Assembly: GCA_038153405.1 (NCBI GenBank) | Contig: JAYOYH010000031.1 | Location: 1-55,344 of the forward strand | DNA length: 55,344 bases | DNA from: Gemmatimonadota bacterium | GTDB taxonomy: Bacteria > Latescibacterota > UBA2968 > UBA8231 | Reading direction: 5' to 3' | In this document: positions 27,373 through 36,938 of the stretch, piece after piece | Layout: each line of letters opens with the position of its first letter | How positions within the stretch are numbered: position 1 is the first letter of the stretch | Translations under genes and position numbers: made by a program | Notes under the pieces: generated by a model | Database searches by the model: none | Seen by the model: the letters and a program-made list of their open reading frames with translations, nothing else | What the model was told of the DNA's origin: nothing

Positions 27373-28857
27373 TCACGGCGGCGTGGGGGTAGACCGCTGT
27401 TGGGGCAGCCACTGCTGCACGCTAGATAGCGATCCCGTGTAGAGAAAACCGGCGTGAAAGAGCAGCAGGAACGGCAGCCCCATATACAGGTCGGTGTGCC
27501 AGGCTTGGTGCAGCGCGAAGGCGAAGTAGGCCGCCATGGCCAGTTCACCCAGAGCTAACACTGTGCGGCGGCTGGCATAGATGCGCTGTTGCGGGGCGCG
27601 CGTTGCGTGCGTCACGCCGTATTTAGGCGTGCGCAAAAAAGCGGTCTTATAGCCGATGATTCCCTCGAGCACGGCGCGCGTGTTGTTGATGCACAGGCTC
27701 ATGCCGACGGCCATCAGCATGGGCAGCAGCTTGATTTGCCGCTTCCAGTCGGGATAGAGCACGCGCTGTGAGGTGAGGTAAAAACCCGAGATGGCCATGG
27801 TAGCAAAGGAAAACAGCGGCAGGTCGATAATGAGCAATCGCTCCCAGCCCAGATGCGTGCGGATGCCGAGCACGGGCACCGTTAGCAGCGCCATGAGCAG
27901 CATGAGGATATAGCATATATTGGCCGTCAGGTGGAACGTCGCCTCCACTTTGGCCTTGAGTGCCGCGTCGCTGCGCCAGATGCGCGGCAGAAGCTTTTTG
28001 GCCACTTGCACGGCTCCCTTAGTCCAGCGGTGCTGCTGCGATTTAAATCCGTTGATTTCTACGGGAATTTCGCCGGGCACTTCTACGTGGGACAAAAACA
28101 CAAAGCGCCAGCCCGCCAGCTGTGCGCGATAGCTCAGGTCGAGGTCTTCTGTCAGCGTGTCGTGCTGCCAGCCGCCGGCCTCGACGATGGCTTGCTTGCG
28201 CCATATACCTCCGGTTCCGTTGAAATTAAAGAAGCGCCCCGAGCGGCTGCGCGCCGTGTGCTCGATGACGAAGTGGCCGTCGAGGAAAATAGATTGGATG
28301 CGCGTCAGCAGCGAGTGCTCGCGGTTGAGATGGGCCCAGCGCGTCTGCACCATGCCGACCTGCGGGTCGGTAAAGTAATGGATGATGCTGTGCAGCAAAT
28401 CCGCGGGGGGAACGAAGTCGGCATCGAGAATAAGCACGAACTCGCCCTTGGCCGACTGCAGACCCGCGGCGAGTGCGCCGGCCTTAAAACCGCTGCGTTC
28501 GCGGCGATGTAGGTAGTCGATATCCAATCCCTCGCCCGCTAAGCGCGCACAAATCTGGCGCGCTCGCTGGCTGGTCGCATCGGTCGAATCGTCCAGCACC
28601 TGCACGTGCAGCAGGTCGCGTGGGTAGTCTAATCGAGCGACAGCGTCGATCAGGCGTTCGGCGACGTGGAACTCGTTGTAGAGCGGCAGTTGGACTGTGA
28701 TGGGAGGCAGCGTTGCAAAGTGCCCTGCGGGGGCGATAGCTTCGTTGCGGTGGCGCTGGAAGAGGCGCAGCAATTGGTAACGGTGGAGCCCATAAATGCC
28801 GAGAACGGCGACGATAGCGCAGTAGGCTGCCAGACAGATGAGCTGCCACAATTCCAT
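27373..28857 (-). CDS. GT2 membrane glycosyltransferase (cellulose synthase/CslA-like)
   Basis: QLPLYNE, LDDSTD, FKAGAL, DADF, TEDL, QQHRW. Confidence 0.93.
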   Translation of the reverse strand: MELWQLICLAAYCAIVAVLGIYGLHRYQLLRLFQRHRNEAIAPAGHFATLPPITVQLPLYNEFHVAERLIDAVARLDYPRDLLHVQVLDDSTDATSQRARQICARLAGEGLDIDYLHRRERSGFKAGALAAGLQSAKGEFVLILDADFVPPADLLHSIIHYFTDPQVGMVQTRWAHLNREHSLLTRIQSIFLDGHFVIEHTARSRSGRFFNFNGTGGIWRKQAIVEAGGWQHDTLTEDLDLSYRAQLAGWRFVFLSHVEVPGEIPVEINGFKSQQHRWTKGAVQVAKKLLPRIWRSDAALKAKVEATFHLTANICYILMLLMALLTVPVLGIRTHLGWERLLIIDLPLFSFATMAISGFYLTSQRVLYPDWKRQIKLLPMLMAVGMSLCINNTRAVLEGIIGYKTAFLRTPKYGVTHATRAPQQRIYASRRTVLALGELAMAAYFAFALHQAWHTDLYMGLPFLLLFHAGFLYTGSLSSVQQWLPQQRSTPTPP

Positions 28858-28952
28858 TGCCGTCCTGCAATCCCCCGTTAAAGCAGCGCTGCAGAGCGCA
28901 GTGATGCGGGTTTAGTACCGCTGGCCCTATATCGCGCGATGGAGGCGCACCG

Positions 28953-31900
28953 CTATTCGTTGATGCCGTGGCAGCGCTTGTACTTCTTACCGCTTCCACA
29001 TGGGCAGGGATCGTTGCGGCCCACTTTGGGCTGGTCGCGGACAATGGGCTGTTTGGGACCAGGTGCCTCCGACCCCCCCGGACCGGAGGCCGTCATCTGA
29101 CTCGGATCGTTGACGGGCTGGCCCAAGGGCAGCCCGGCCGCCGGTGCCGGCCTGCCTGGCGCCGCGCTGGCCGCCGAGCGCTCTCCGCCCTGGAAACCCA
29201 TATTGGTCGCATCGCGATGCACGGCGCGAACGCGTTGGGGAGCTTGGCGCCGCTCGACTTGGCTGGCCTCGGTATCTATGCGCAGCTGGAATAGGTTTTT
29301 CAACGTTTCCTGGCTGATGCGCGCGATCAGGCGCTCAAATATGTCGAAGGCGCCCTTCTTATACTCGATAAGCGGATTTTTGCCGCCGACACCGACAAAG
29401 CCAATGCCGTCTTTGAGCTCGTCGATTTCCTGTAGGTGTTCCTGCCAGCAGGTGTCGATGGTGTGCAGGGCGATGGCCTTTTCCACTTCGCGGAATACTT
29501 CGACGCCGACGGTGTCGAGGCGGCGCTGGTAGGCTTCCTGCACCGTCTGCGTCAGCTGCTCGCGCAGGTCTTCGTAGCTAAGGGTCGCACGCTCTTCGAC
29601 AGACACGGTAAAGCCGAGAAAGAACGTGCTGCCGAAGTCGACCTGCATGCCCTCCCAATCCCATTCCTCGGGATGGCCCTCGGCGTTGGCAAAGGTGACG
29701 AGCAGCGCATCGACCTGCTCGTCGATCATCTCATCTATGAGCTCGTGCGCGCTTTGGCGCTCCAGCAGATCGTGGCGGCGATTGTAGATGACCTGGCGCT
29801 GCTGGTTCATTACATCGTCGTAGTCGAGGACGTGTTTGCGCATCTCAAAGTTGCGCGCCTCGACCTTCTTCTGCGCTCGCTCGATCGACTTGGTGACCAT
29901 GCCGTGTTCAATCACCTCGCCCTCTTCCGCGCCGAGCTTGTCCATGACAGAGGCGATACGCTCCGAACCGAAGAGGCGCATTAAGTCGTCTTCGAGCGAA
30001 AGGAAAAAGCGCGACGAGCCCGGGTCGCCTTGGCGGCCGGAGCGCCCGCGCAGCTGTCGGTCGATGCGCCGCGCCTCGTGGCGCTCGGTGCCGATGACCT
30101 GCAGGCCGCTCGGCTCGTCGATCAAATGCTGGCGCAGGGTCTTGCCCGATGGCAGCTTGTCGCCGAGCGTCATCGCCGACTCGACGGTATCGCGGTCAAT
30201 GCGAATTACGTCGGGAGCCAGCTTGATGTCGGTGCCGCGTCCGGCCATGTTGGTGGCAATCGTCACGGCACCGGCCTGCCCTGCGTCGGTAACGATCTGC
30301 GCCTCTTTCTCGTGGTAGCGCGCGTTGAGCAACTGGTGTTTGATGCCCTTGCGCGTCAACATGCGGCTCAGCAGCTCCGAGCTCTCGACGGACGCCGTGC
30401 CGACTAACACGGGCAGACTCATCTCGTGCAGGCGCGCGACTTCGTCAATAACGGCCTGGAACTTTTCTTTGCGCGTGCGGTATATCTGGTCTTCTTGGTC
30501 GATGCGGCGCACGGGGCGGTTGGTGGGAATCACCGTTACATCGAGTTTGTAAATCTCCCACAGCTCGCCGGCCTCGGTCTCAGCGGTTCCCGTCATTCCC
30601 GCCAGCTTGTGATACATGCGGAAGAGGTTTTGCAGCGTTATGGTCGCGATGGTCTGCGTCTCGTGTTGCAGCTTGACGCCCTCCTTAGCTTCAAGGGCTT
30701 GGTGCAGGCCGTCGGAAAAGCGGCGTCCGGGCTGCGGTCGACCGGTCGACTCGTCGATGATGATGACGCGGCCGTCTTCCGACACCATGTATTGAACGTC
30801 TTTTTCAAAGAGCGTATAGGCCTTCATCAGCTGGTTGATGTTGTGTACGGCCTCGCTTTTTTCCGCGTAGTTGCGGTGTGCGTCTTCTTCTCTTAGGCGC
30901 TTGTCTTCGTCGCTGAGTTCTTCGTCACTGCGAATCGCTTCTACCTCGATGCTTATATCGGGCAGCACGAAAAGGGCCTGTTCGTCCGGCGAGAGCAGGT
31001 CGCGACCCTTTTCGGTCAGATCGATCGTGTTGGCGCGCTCGTCGACGACGAAGTAGAGCTGTTCGTCGATTTCGCTCAGGCGCTTATCGCGCATATAGTC
31101 GGCCTCGACGCGGTTGATCAGCCGTTTGACGCCCTCTTCCTGCAGGATTCTCATCAGGCGGCGATTCTTGGGAATGCCGCGCGTGGACTTGAGTAGCTCG
31201 ATGCCGAGTTCGTAGGAAAACTCGCCCTCCGCCTGAGCCTGCTTTTCCGCCTCGGCGACGGCTTTGTTGACTAGGTTGGTTTGGGCGCGCAGCAGCTTTT
31301 CGACCAGCGGCTTCATCTGCTTATACTGATTGGTCGAGTCGGGCACTGGTCCGGATAAAATCAGCGGAGTGCGCGCGTCGTCGATGAGGATGGAGTCGGC
31401 TTCGTCGACGATGGCGAAGTTGAATTCGCGCTGCATGAGGTCTTCGGTGCGCACCGACATATTGTCGCGCAAATAGTCGAAACCAACCTGCGAGCAGGTG
31501 GCGTAGACGATATCGGCACCGTAGGCTTCTCTGTGACCGACGCTCTGCCAGTTGAATTCCGTTGGCACGCCTTCGGGTTCGGGCAACAAGAACGCCTCGT
31601 GACCGGTCTGATGAATGTCCTGAATGATGCCGACGGACAGGCCCAAGAAGTTGAAGAGCGGTCCCATCCACATGCCGTCGCGCCGCGCCAGATACTCGTT
31701 GTGGGTGATCAAGTGAATGCCGCGCGCGGTCAGGGCGTTCAGATAGAGCGGCATCGTGGCGACCAGCGTCTTGCCCTCGCCGGTGGCCATCTCGGCAATT
31801 TTGCCTTGATGTAGCATAATGCCGCCGAATACCTGGACGTCGTAGGGCTGCATTTCCCAGGTCACCGATTCGCCGGCGCGGTCCCACTCTTTGCCGATTA

Positions 31901-32261
31901 GGCGGCGGCAGGCTTCCTTGACCATGGCGAAGGCCTCGGGCATGATCTCTTCAAGGAATTCGGCCTCGTGGTCGCGGATGGCCTTACCGAGCTGGTCTAA
32001 CTCGTCGTTAAAGCGCTCGCGCAGATCCGGCTCGAGCTCGCCGCGCAGTTCCACTTCAAGCTCGGTCAGACGCTGTCGCTGACTGGCGGTTCGCTCGCGC
32101 ATCTGCTGGCGAAAGTGCGCCGTTTTTTCTTTTAACTCGCCGTCGCTGAGTGTGCTCAACTGCTGGGCAATGCGGTTGATCTCATCAATGTGCGGCTGCG
32201 TCTTTTTAAAGTCGCGATCGGACTGCGAGCCAAAGACTTTCTTGATCAGCGTGTTTAACAT
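28953..32261 (-). CDS. secA: Preprotein translocase ATPase SecA
   Basis: [46 protein letters not shown] motif [18 protein letters not shown]. Confidence 0.98.
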   Translation of the reverse strand: MLNTLIKKVFGSQSDRDFKKTQPHIDEINRIAQQLSTLSDGELKEKTAHFRQQMRERTASQRQRLTELEVELRGELEPDLRERFNDELDQLGKAIRDHEAEFLEEIMPEAFAMVKEACRRLIGKEWDRAGESVTWEMQPYDVQVFGGIMLHQGKIAEMATGEGKTLVATMPLYLNALTARGIHLITHNEYLARRDGMWMGPLFNFLGLSVGIIQDIHQTGHEAFLLPEPEGVPTEFNWQSVGHREAYGADIVYATCSQVGFDYLRDNMSVRTEDLMQREFNFAIVDEADSILIDDARTPLILSGPVPDSTNQYKQMKPLVEKLLRAQTNLVNKAVAEAEKQAQAEGEFSYELGIELLKSTRGIPKNRRLMRILQEEGVKRLINRVEADYMRDKRLSEIDEQLYFVVDERANTIDLTEKGRDLLSPDEQALFVLPDISIEVEAIRSDEELSDEDKRLREEDAHRNYAEKSEAVHNINQLMKAYTLFEKDVQYMVSEDGRVIIIDESTGRPQPGRRFSDGLHQALEAKEGVKLQHETQTIATITLQNLFRMYHKLAGMTGTAETEAGELWEIYKLDVTVIPTNRPVRRIDQEDQIYRTRKEKFQAVIDEVARLHEMSLPVLVGTASVESSELLSRMLTRKGIKHQLLNARYHEKEAQIVTDAGQAGAVTIATNMAGRGTDIKLAPDVIRIDRDTVESAMTLGDKLPSGKTLRQHLIDEPSGLQVIGTERHEARRIDRQLRGRSGRQGDPGSSRFFLSLEDDLMRLFGSERIASVMDKLGAEEGEVIEHGMVTKSIERAQKKVEARNFEMRKHVLDYDDVMNQQRQVIYNRRHDLLERQSAHELIDEMIDEQVDALLVTFANAEGHPEEWDWEGMQVDFGSTFFLGFTVSVEERATLSYEDLREQLTQTVQEAYQRRLDTVGVEVFREVEKAIALHTIDTCWQEHLQEIDELKDGIGFVGVGGKNPLIEYKKGAFDIFERLIARISQETLKNLFQLRIDTEASQVERRQAPQRVRAVHRDATNMGFQGGERSAASAAPGRPAPAAGLPLGQPVNDPSQMTASGPGGSEAPGPKQPIVRDQPKVGRNDPCPCGSGKKYKRCHGINE

Positions 32262-32284
32262 GGTATTCCCCTAGGTCTCCAGTA

Positions 32285-33016
32285 CTAATGGCCCTGCGCC
32301 AGGCGGTCGGCGAGAAAGTTCGGCAGGCCAACGGCGCGTATTTTCTGCTGTGTGCTCTCTATATCATACGGACAGCGCACTAGTTCTAGCGCACGCTGCT
32401 CTTGGTCCCAAATGCCGTAGCAGCTTCGCCATTCGCCGTCGCGCGGCTGGCCGACGCTGCCGACGTTGGCTAGGTAGCGAGCAGTTTCGTCCAACTCGAC
32501 CACCCCCGAGCGCGCTGCGCACAGACTAGTGCACTCGCCGTGCCGCGCGCAGACAAAGGCGCGGTGGGAGTGCCCGACAAAACACAGGGGTGCCGATGTG
32601 TGGTCCAGCGCCTCGCTGGCCGTGTGCAGATCGACAACGTAGCTCCAGGCTGCAGGTCGATGCGGTTCGGCATGCACACAATGAACGGCTTCGGCAGAGC
32701 GTTCGAGCGGAAGCGATGCCAGGTAGTGACGCTCCGCGGTGGGTAGCTGTTCCACCGTCCACTGCAAGGCGATGCGCGCAAATGCGTTGAACGCGCGCGC
32801 GTCCATTAGGCCAGCTACTGCCGCGTCGTGGTTGCCCATTAGCACGGTCTGACAGTGCTCGCGCACCAGCTCGATGCAAGCGAGCGGGTCGGCGCCGTAG
32901 CCTACGACATCGCCCAAGCACACCCACTGCTCTACGCCGCGCTGATGGCCCGATTGAAGGACTGCTTGCAGCGCTTCGAGGTTTGCGTGAACGTCGGATA
33001 GCAAACCGAGGCGCAC
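32285..33016 (-). CDS. Calcineurin-like metallophosphoesterase
   Basis: SDVHAN, GDVVGYG, GNHD, GHSH, NVGSVGQPRD. Confidence 0.93.
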   Translation of the reverse strand: MRLGLLSDVHANLEALQAVLQSGHQRGVEQWVCLGDVVGYGADPLACIELVREHCQTVLMGNHDAAVAGLMDARAFNAFARIALQWTVEQLPTAERHYLASLPLERSAEAVHCVHAEPHRPAAWSYVVDLHTASEALDHTSAPLCFVGHSHRAFVCARHGECTSLCAARSGVVELDETARYLANVGSVGQPRDGEWRSCYGIWDQEQRALELVRCPYDIESTQQKIRAVGLPNFLADRLAQGH

Positions 33017-33020
33017 GCGC

Positions 33021-33488
33021 TCACACTCCTAGGCCTTGGCGCTTGGCCACGGCGTCGAGAATGCCGTTGACAAAGGCATACGATTTGGCGGTGCTGAACG
33101 CGCGTGCCAGATCGACGGCTTCGTGGATGGCCACGCGCGTCGGCACATCGTCGACGTGCAGCATCTCCACTAGTCCGAGGCGCAGTATCAAGCGGTCGAC
33201 GCGGGCGATGCGCTCCGGACTCCAGCGCGTCGATGTCTCAGCAATCAATGCGTCGATGGCGTCGCCGTGCACATGTACCTGCTGCACCAATTCGTCGGCG
33301 AAGGTGCGCACGCCTTGCGAAAGAGCGAAGCGCTCGCACAGCTGGCCGACGGCATCTTCAGCCCTACCGGACTGACTCATTTCCCAATAGAGCGCCTGTA
33401 GCGCCACCTGGCGCGCACCGCTGCGACTGTCGGGCGGTGCCTCGTCTTCTGATGAGCCGTCGCCGAAAAAATCGTCGTCTTCTTCCAT
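33021..33488 (-). CDS. nusB: Transcription antitermination factor NusB
   Basis: RSGARQVALQALY, VDRLILR, EAVDLA, FVNGILD; follows ribH. Confidence 0.95.
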   Translation of the reverse strand: MEEDDDFFGDGSSEDEAPPDSRSGARQVALQALYWEMSQSGRAEDAVGQLCERFALSQGVRTFADELVQQVHVHGDAIDALIAETSTRWSPERIARVDRLILRLGLVEMLHVDDVPTRVAIHEAVDLARAFSTAKSYAFVNGILDAVAKRQGLGV

Positions 33489-33956
33489 CTACTCGATGGA
33501 AGCCATTAGGCTGGCCATTTCAATGGCGTTCATGCCGGCATCCCAGCCGCGGTTGCCCGCCTTGACGCCGGCCCGCTGCACGGCCTGATCAACGGTGTCG
33601 GCGGTAATGACGCCAAAGGTAATGGGGACGCCGGTGTCGAGGCCGACTCGGGCGATGCCCTTGGACGATTCGCCGGCCACGTAGTCGAAGTGCGGCGTGT
33701 CGCTGCGCACGATGCAGCCGAGGCAGATCACCACGTCAAAGCGCCCCGTCTGGGCCAGTTTCTGGGCGACCATGGGCAGTTCGAATGCACCGGGCACCCA
33801 GGCCACTTCTATGTCGCCATCCTCTGCGCCGTGGCGCTGTAAGCAGTCTAAGGCGCCGTCGTGCAGGCGCATTGTTATTAGGTCGTTAAAGCGGCTGACG
33901 ACGATGGCAAAGCGCTTTCCCCGCGCGTCGAGCTGTCCTTCGTGCACTCTGGGCAT
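33489..33956 (-). CDS. ribH: 6,7-dimethyl-8-ribityllumazine synthase
   Basis: SRFN, VPGAFELP, TPHFDYV, FGVIT. Confidence 0.97.
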   Translation of the reverse strand: MPRVHEGQLDARGKRFAIVVSRFNDLITMRLHDGALDCLQRHGAEDGDIEVAWVPGAFELPMVAQKLAQTGRFDVVICLGCIVRSDTPHFDYVAGESSKGIARVGLDTGVPITFGVITADTVDQAVQRAGVKAGNRGWDAGMNAIEMASLMASIE

Positions 33957-35216
33957 TTAGCCGTTTCCTTTCTCCCGTTCGCTGCTGGGAAGCAGCGTGA
34001 TATGTCCCATCTTATCGCGTTTAGTCTCCAAGTAGCGCAGGTTGTGCGGGTTGGGTGTAGACTCTATCGGAACCTGCTTCACGACGGATAGGCCATAGGC
34101 CTCCAGACCGACGCGCTTTTTGGGATTGTTGGTCAGAAAGCGCACTTGGCGCAGTCCGAGATCGTACAGCACCTGGGCGCCAATGCCGTAGTCGCGCGAG
34201 TCCGTCGGATGCCCCAAGGCATGGTTGGCTTCGATCGTATCGAGTCCCTTGCTCTGCTGCAACTCGTAGGCTTTTAGCTTGTGCAAGATACCGATGCCGC
34301 GCCCTTCGTGATGCTGGATGTAGACGATGACGCCGCGGCCCTCGTTGACGATCATCTGCATGGAGCGCCTCAACTGCTCGCCGCAATCGCACAGCAGCGA
34401 GCCCAGTGCGTCGCCGGTTAGGCAGCCCGAGTGCATGCGCACCAGCGTGTCCTGGCCGTCGCTGACATCACCGTACACCATGGCAATGTAGGGGTTGTCG
34501 TCGACCAAGCTGCGATAGGCATAGGCGGTGAATTCGCCGAGTTCCGTTGGCATGGGCGATATTGCTTCGCAGCGCACGAGTTTTTCCGTGCGGCGGCGAT
34601 GGGCGATCAAATCGTGAATCGTGGCAATTTTAAAGCGATGGCGCTCGGCAAATTCGAGCAGGTAGGGCGTATCGGCCACATCGCCGCTGTCGTCGAGAAT
34701 GGCCGCCATCAATGCCATGGGTTGAAAGTGGGCCATCAGCGCTAGGTCGACCGCAGCTTCGGTGTGGCCAGCGCGCTTGAGCACGCCGCCTGCCTGTGCC
34801 ATCAGCGGCGTGACGTGGCCGGGCTGCACGAAGTCTTCGGCCGTGCTGTTGGTATCTGTCAAACGGCGTATAGTCAGGGCACGGTCGGTCGCCGAAACGC
34901 CGGTGCCCTCGACTTCGCGCGCGTTGATCGAAACCATGATAGAAGCGCCGCGCGGGCCGCGGCCTCCCGTAGCCACTTCGTGTATGTCGAGCTTAGACAA
35001 GTGGTCGCGATGGGCGGCAACGGTGGGAGGACTGCCGGCTTGGCGCATCATGAAGTTGATGGCATCGGCCGTCGCCAGCTCGGCGATCATCATCAATTCG
35101 CCTTCGCCAATGACCTCGTCGCCTTCGCCGCTCGTGGCGCGCTCGTCGACGACGACGACCATGCGGCCGTTCTGTAGGTCTTCTACGATTTCTTCTATCG
35201 TGTTAAAATGCGGCAC
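33957..35216 (-). CDS. ribBA: RibBA: GTP cyclohydrolase II fused to a probably degenerate DHBP synthase domain
   Basis: GCH II motifs CLTGD..CDC, EGRGIG, RDYGIGAQ, TNNPKK are intact; the RibB half keeps PGH and RAGHTEA. GTG start at 35216. Confidence 0.92.
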   Translation of the reverse strand: MPHFNTIEEIVEDLQNGRMVVVVDERATSGEGDEVIGEGELMMIAELATADAINFMMRQAGSPPTVAAHRDHLSKLDIHEVATGGRGPRGASIMVSINAREVEGTGVSATDRALTIRRLTDTNSTAEDFVQPGHVTPLMAQAGGVLKRAGHTEAAVDLALMAHFQPMALMAAILDDSGDVADTPYLLEFAERHRFKIATIHDLIAHRRRTEKLVRCEAISPMPTELGEFTAYAYRSLVDDNPYIAMVYGDVSDGQDTLVRMHSGCLTGDALGSLLCDCGEQLRRSMQMIVNEGRGVIVYIQHHEGRGIGILHKLKAYELQQSKGLDTIEANHALGHPTDSRDYGIGAQVLYDLGLRQVRFLTNNPKKRVGLEAYGLSVVKQVPIESTPNPHNLRYLETKRDKMGHITLLPSSEREKGNG

Positions 35217-35217
35217 T

Positions 35218-35859
35218 TCAGTATCCCATCTCGCGCAAAGTTTCAAAGCTCAGTCCGGCGCTGGAATCGCTGCCGGCGGCGAGCAGGCGTTCTATATAGC
35301 GGGCGATGACATCGACTTCGAGGTTGACTGCGTCGCCGACGCGGCGTTGGCTAAGGACAGTATGATCAAATGTATGCGGGATAACGGAAATCGTAAACCC
35401 CTCGGTGCTCAGAGCGGCTACGGTCAAACTCGTGCCGTCGACGGCGATAGATCCCTTGCCGGCAATGTAGCGCAGTAGCTCGGCAGGGGCGGCGATGCGA
35501 ATGCGCCATTCGCCATCGGCTTGCTGCAGCGCGGCGATGTGTCCCACGCCGTCGACGTGCCCCTGGACCAGATGTCCCCCCAGCCGGTCGCCCAGTCGCA
35601 TGGCGCGTTCGAGGTTGACGGGGCGGCCGCTCTGAAACTGGCCGAGTGTCGTGCGGTTGAGCGTTTCGGCAACGGTCTCCACGCTGAAGCTCGCGTCGTC
35701 GAAAGCGACGACGGTTTGGCAGGCCCCATCTACGTTTACGCTATCGCCTACGGCCATGCCCTCAAGCACGGATGCGGCGGCGATCTGCATGCGCTGAAAG
35801 GAGCCTTGGCGCGCCACGTGGCGCACGTGCCCAACTTCTTCTACAAGTCCTGTAAACAC
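35218..35859 (-). CDS. ribE: Riboflavin synthase alpha subunit
   Basis: (M)FTGLVE N-terminus from GTG 35859, VNLERA, GGHLVQGHVDG, KGSIAVDGTSLT. Confidence 0.96.
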   Translation of the reverse strand: MFTGLVEEVGHVRHVARQGSFQRMQIAAASVLEGMAVGDSVNVDGACQTVVAFDDASFSVETVAETLNRTTLGQFQSGRPVNLERAMRLGDRLGGHLVQGHVDGVGHIAALQQADGEWRIRIAAPAELLRYIAGKGSIAVDGTSLTVAALSTEGFTISVIPHTFDHTVLSQRRVGDAVNLEVDVIARYIERLLAAGSDSSAGLSFETLREMGY

Positions 35860-36938
35860 GGGTACTCCACCTCGGCTGTATAGAGCAGATCGTCGCCCAA
35901 GCGGCGCGTGCGCACGTCTTTGAGCGCAATGCTGTTTGCGATCTGCCCAATGTGTAAGTCGGCGATGGCGGCGATGCCTTCCCCTAAAATGCGCGGAGCT
36001 AAATAAATATGCACCTGGTCGACGAGTCGAGCGCGCAGAAAGGCCGCGGCCAGTTGACCACCGCCCTCGACGATCAGGCTGGTTATATCTTCTTCGGCGG
36101 CGCGCTGGGCAAATGCGCGCAGATCGATGCGGCCGTTCCGCGTTGAAAACGTCCACACGTCGGTGCCGGCTTCCGCTACGGCGCGCCGCTTGGCCGCCGA
36201 GGTCGTCTTGCCGGTGGCCAGCACGGCGCCCGGCTGCGCGAAGAGTTGGGCGCTCGGGTGGGCGCGCAAGCGCCCGTCGATGGCAATGGGGCGCGGGCTG
36301 CGTCCCCTGACGTGGCGCACGCTGAGCAGGGGATCGTCGGCAATGAGCGTATTGGCTCCAACGGCAACGGCATCGACATAGGAACGCCAGCGATGGGCGT
36401 GGCGCCGCGCCGCTTCCCCGGTTATCCAGCGCGCGTCGCCGCCGCGCGCGGCAATGCGCCCGTCGAGGGTCTGCGCTAGCTTGAGAATAGTGTGTGGGCG
36501 CTGCTGCGTGCGGTGGGTGATATAGGCCGCATGCAGCGCGGCTGCTTCGTCGCCGAGCAGTCCGACGTCGACTTGGATGCCGTGGCGGAGCAGGTGGGCG
36601 ATGCCGCGCCCATTGACACGGACGTCGGGGTCCTCCAGCGCGCAGTAGACCATTTTGATGCCGGCCGCCACTACGGCCTGGCAGCAGGGCGGCGTGCGCC
36701 CGTGAAAGGCGCAGGGCTCGAGGGTGACGTAGAGCGTGGCGCCCCGCGCCTGTTTGGCTGCAGCGGCAAAGGCGTTAACCTCGGCGTGTGCTCCTCCCAC
36801 CGGGCTGGTTACGCCTTCGCCGACGATGCGTCCATTGCGCACGACGACGGCGCCGACAGTGGGGTTGGGATTGGCGCGCCCGCGCGCGCGCCGCGCCAGG
36901 GCCAGCGCGCGCCGCATGTAGGTAGCGTGATCGCTCAT
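35841..36938 (-). CDS. ribD: Bifunctional riboflavin deaminase/reductase
   Basis: PNPTVG, HAE, TLEPC..TPPC, LDGRIA, VEGG. Confidence 0.96.
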   Translation of the reverse strand: MSDHATYMRRALALARRARGRANPNPTVGAVVVRNGRIVGEGVTSPVGGAHAEVNAFAAAAKQARGATLYVTLEPCAFHGRTPPCCQAVVAAGIKMVYCALEDPDVRVNGRGIAHLLRHGIQVDVGLLGDEAAALHAAYITHRTQQRPHTILKLAQTLDGRIAARGGDARWITGEAARRHAHRWRSYVDAVAVGANTLIADDPLLSVRHVRGRSPRPIAIDGRLRAHPSAQLFAQPGAVLATGKTTSAAKRRAVAEAGTDVWTFSTRNGRIDLRAFAQRAAEEDITSLIVEGGGQLAAAFLRARLVDQVHIYLAPRILGEGIAAIADLHIGQIANSIALKDVRTRRLGDDLLYTAEVEYPCLQDL

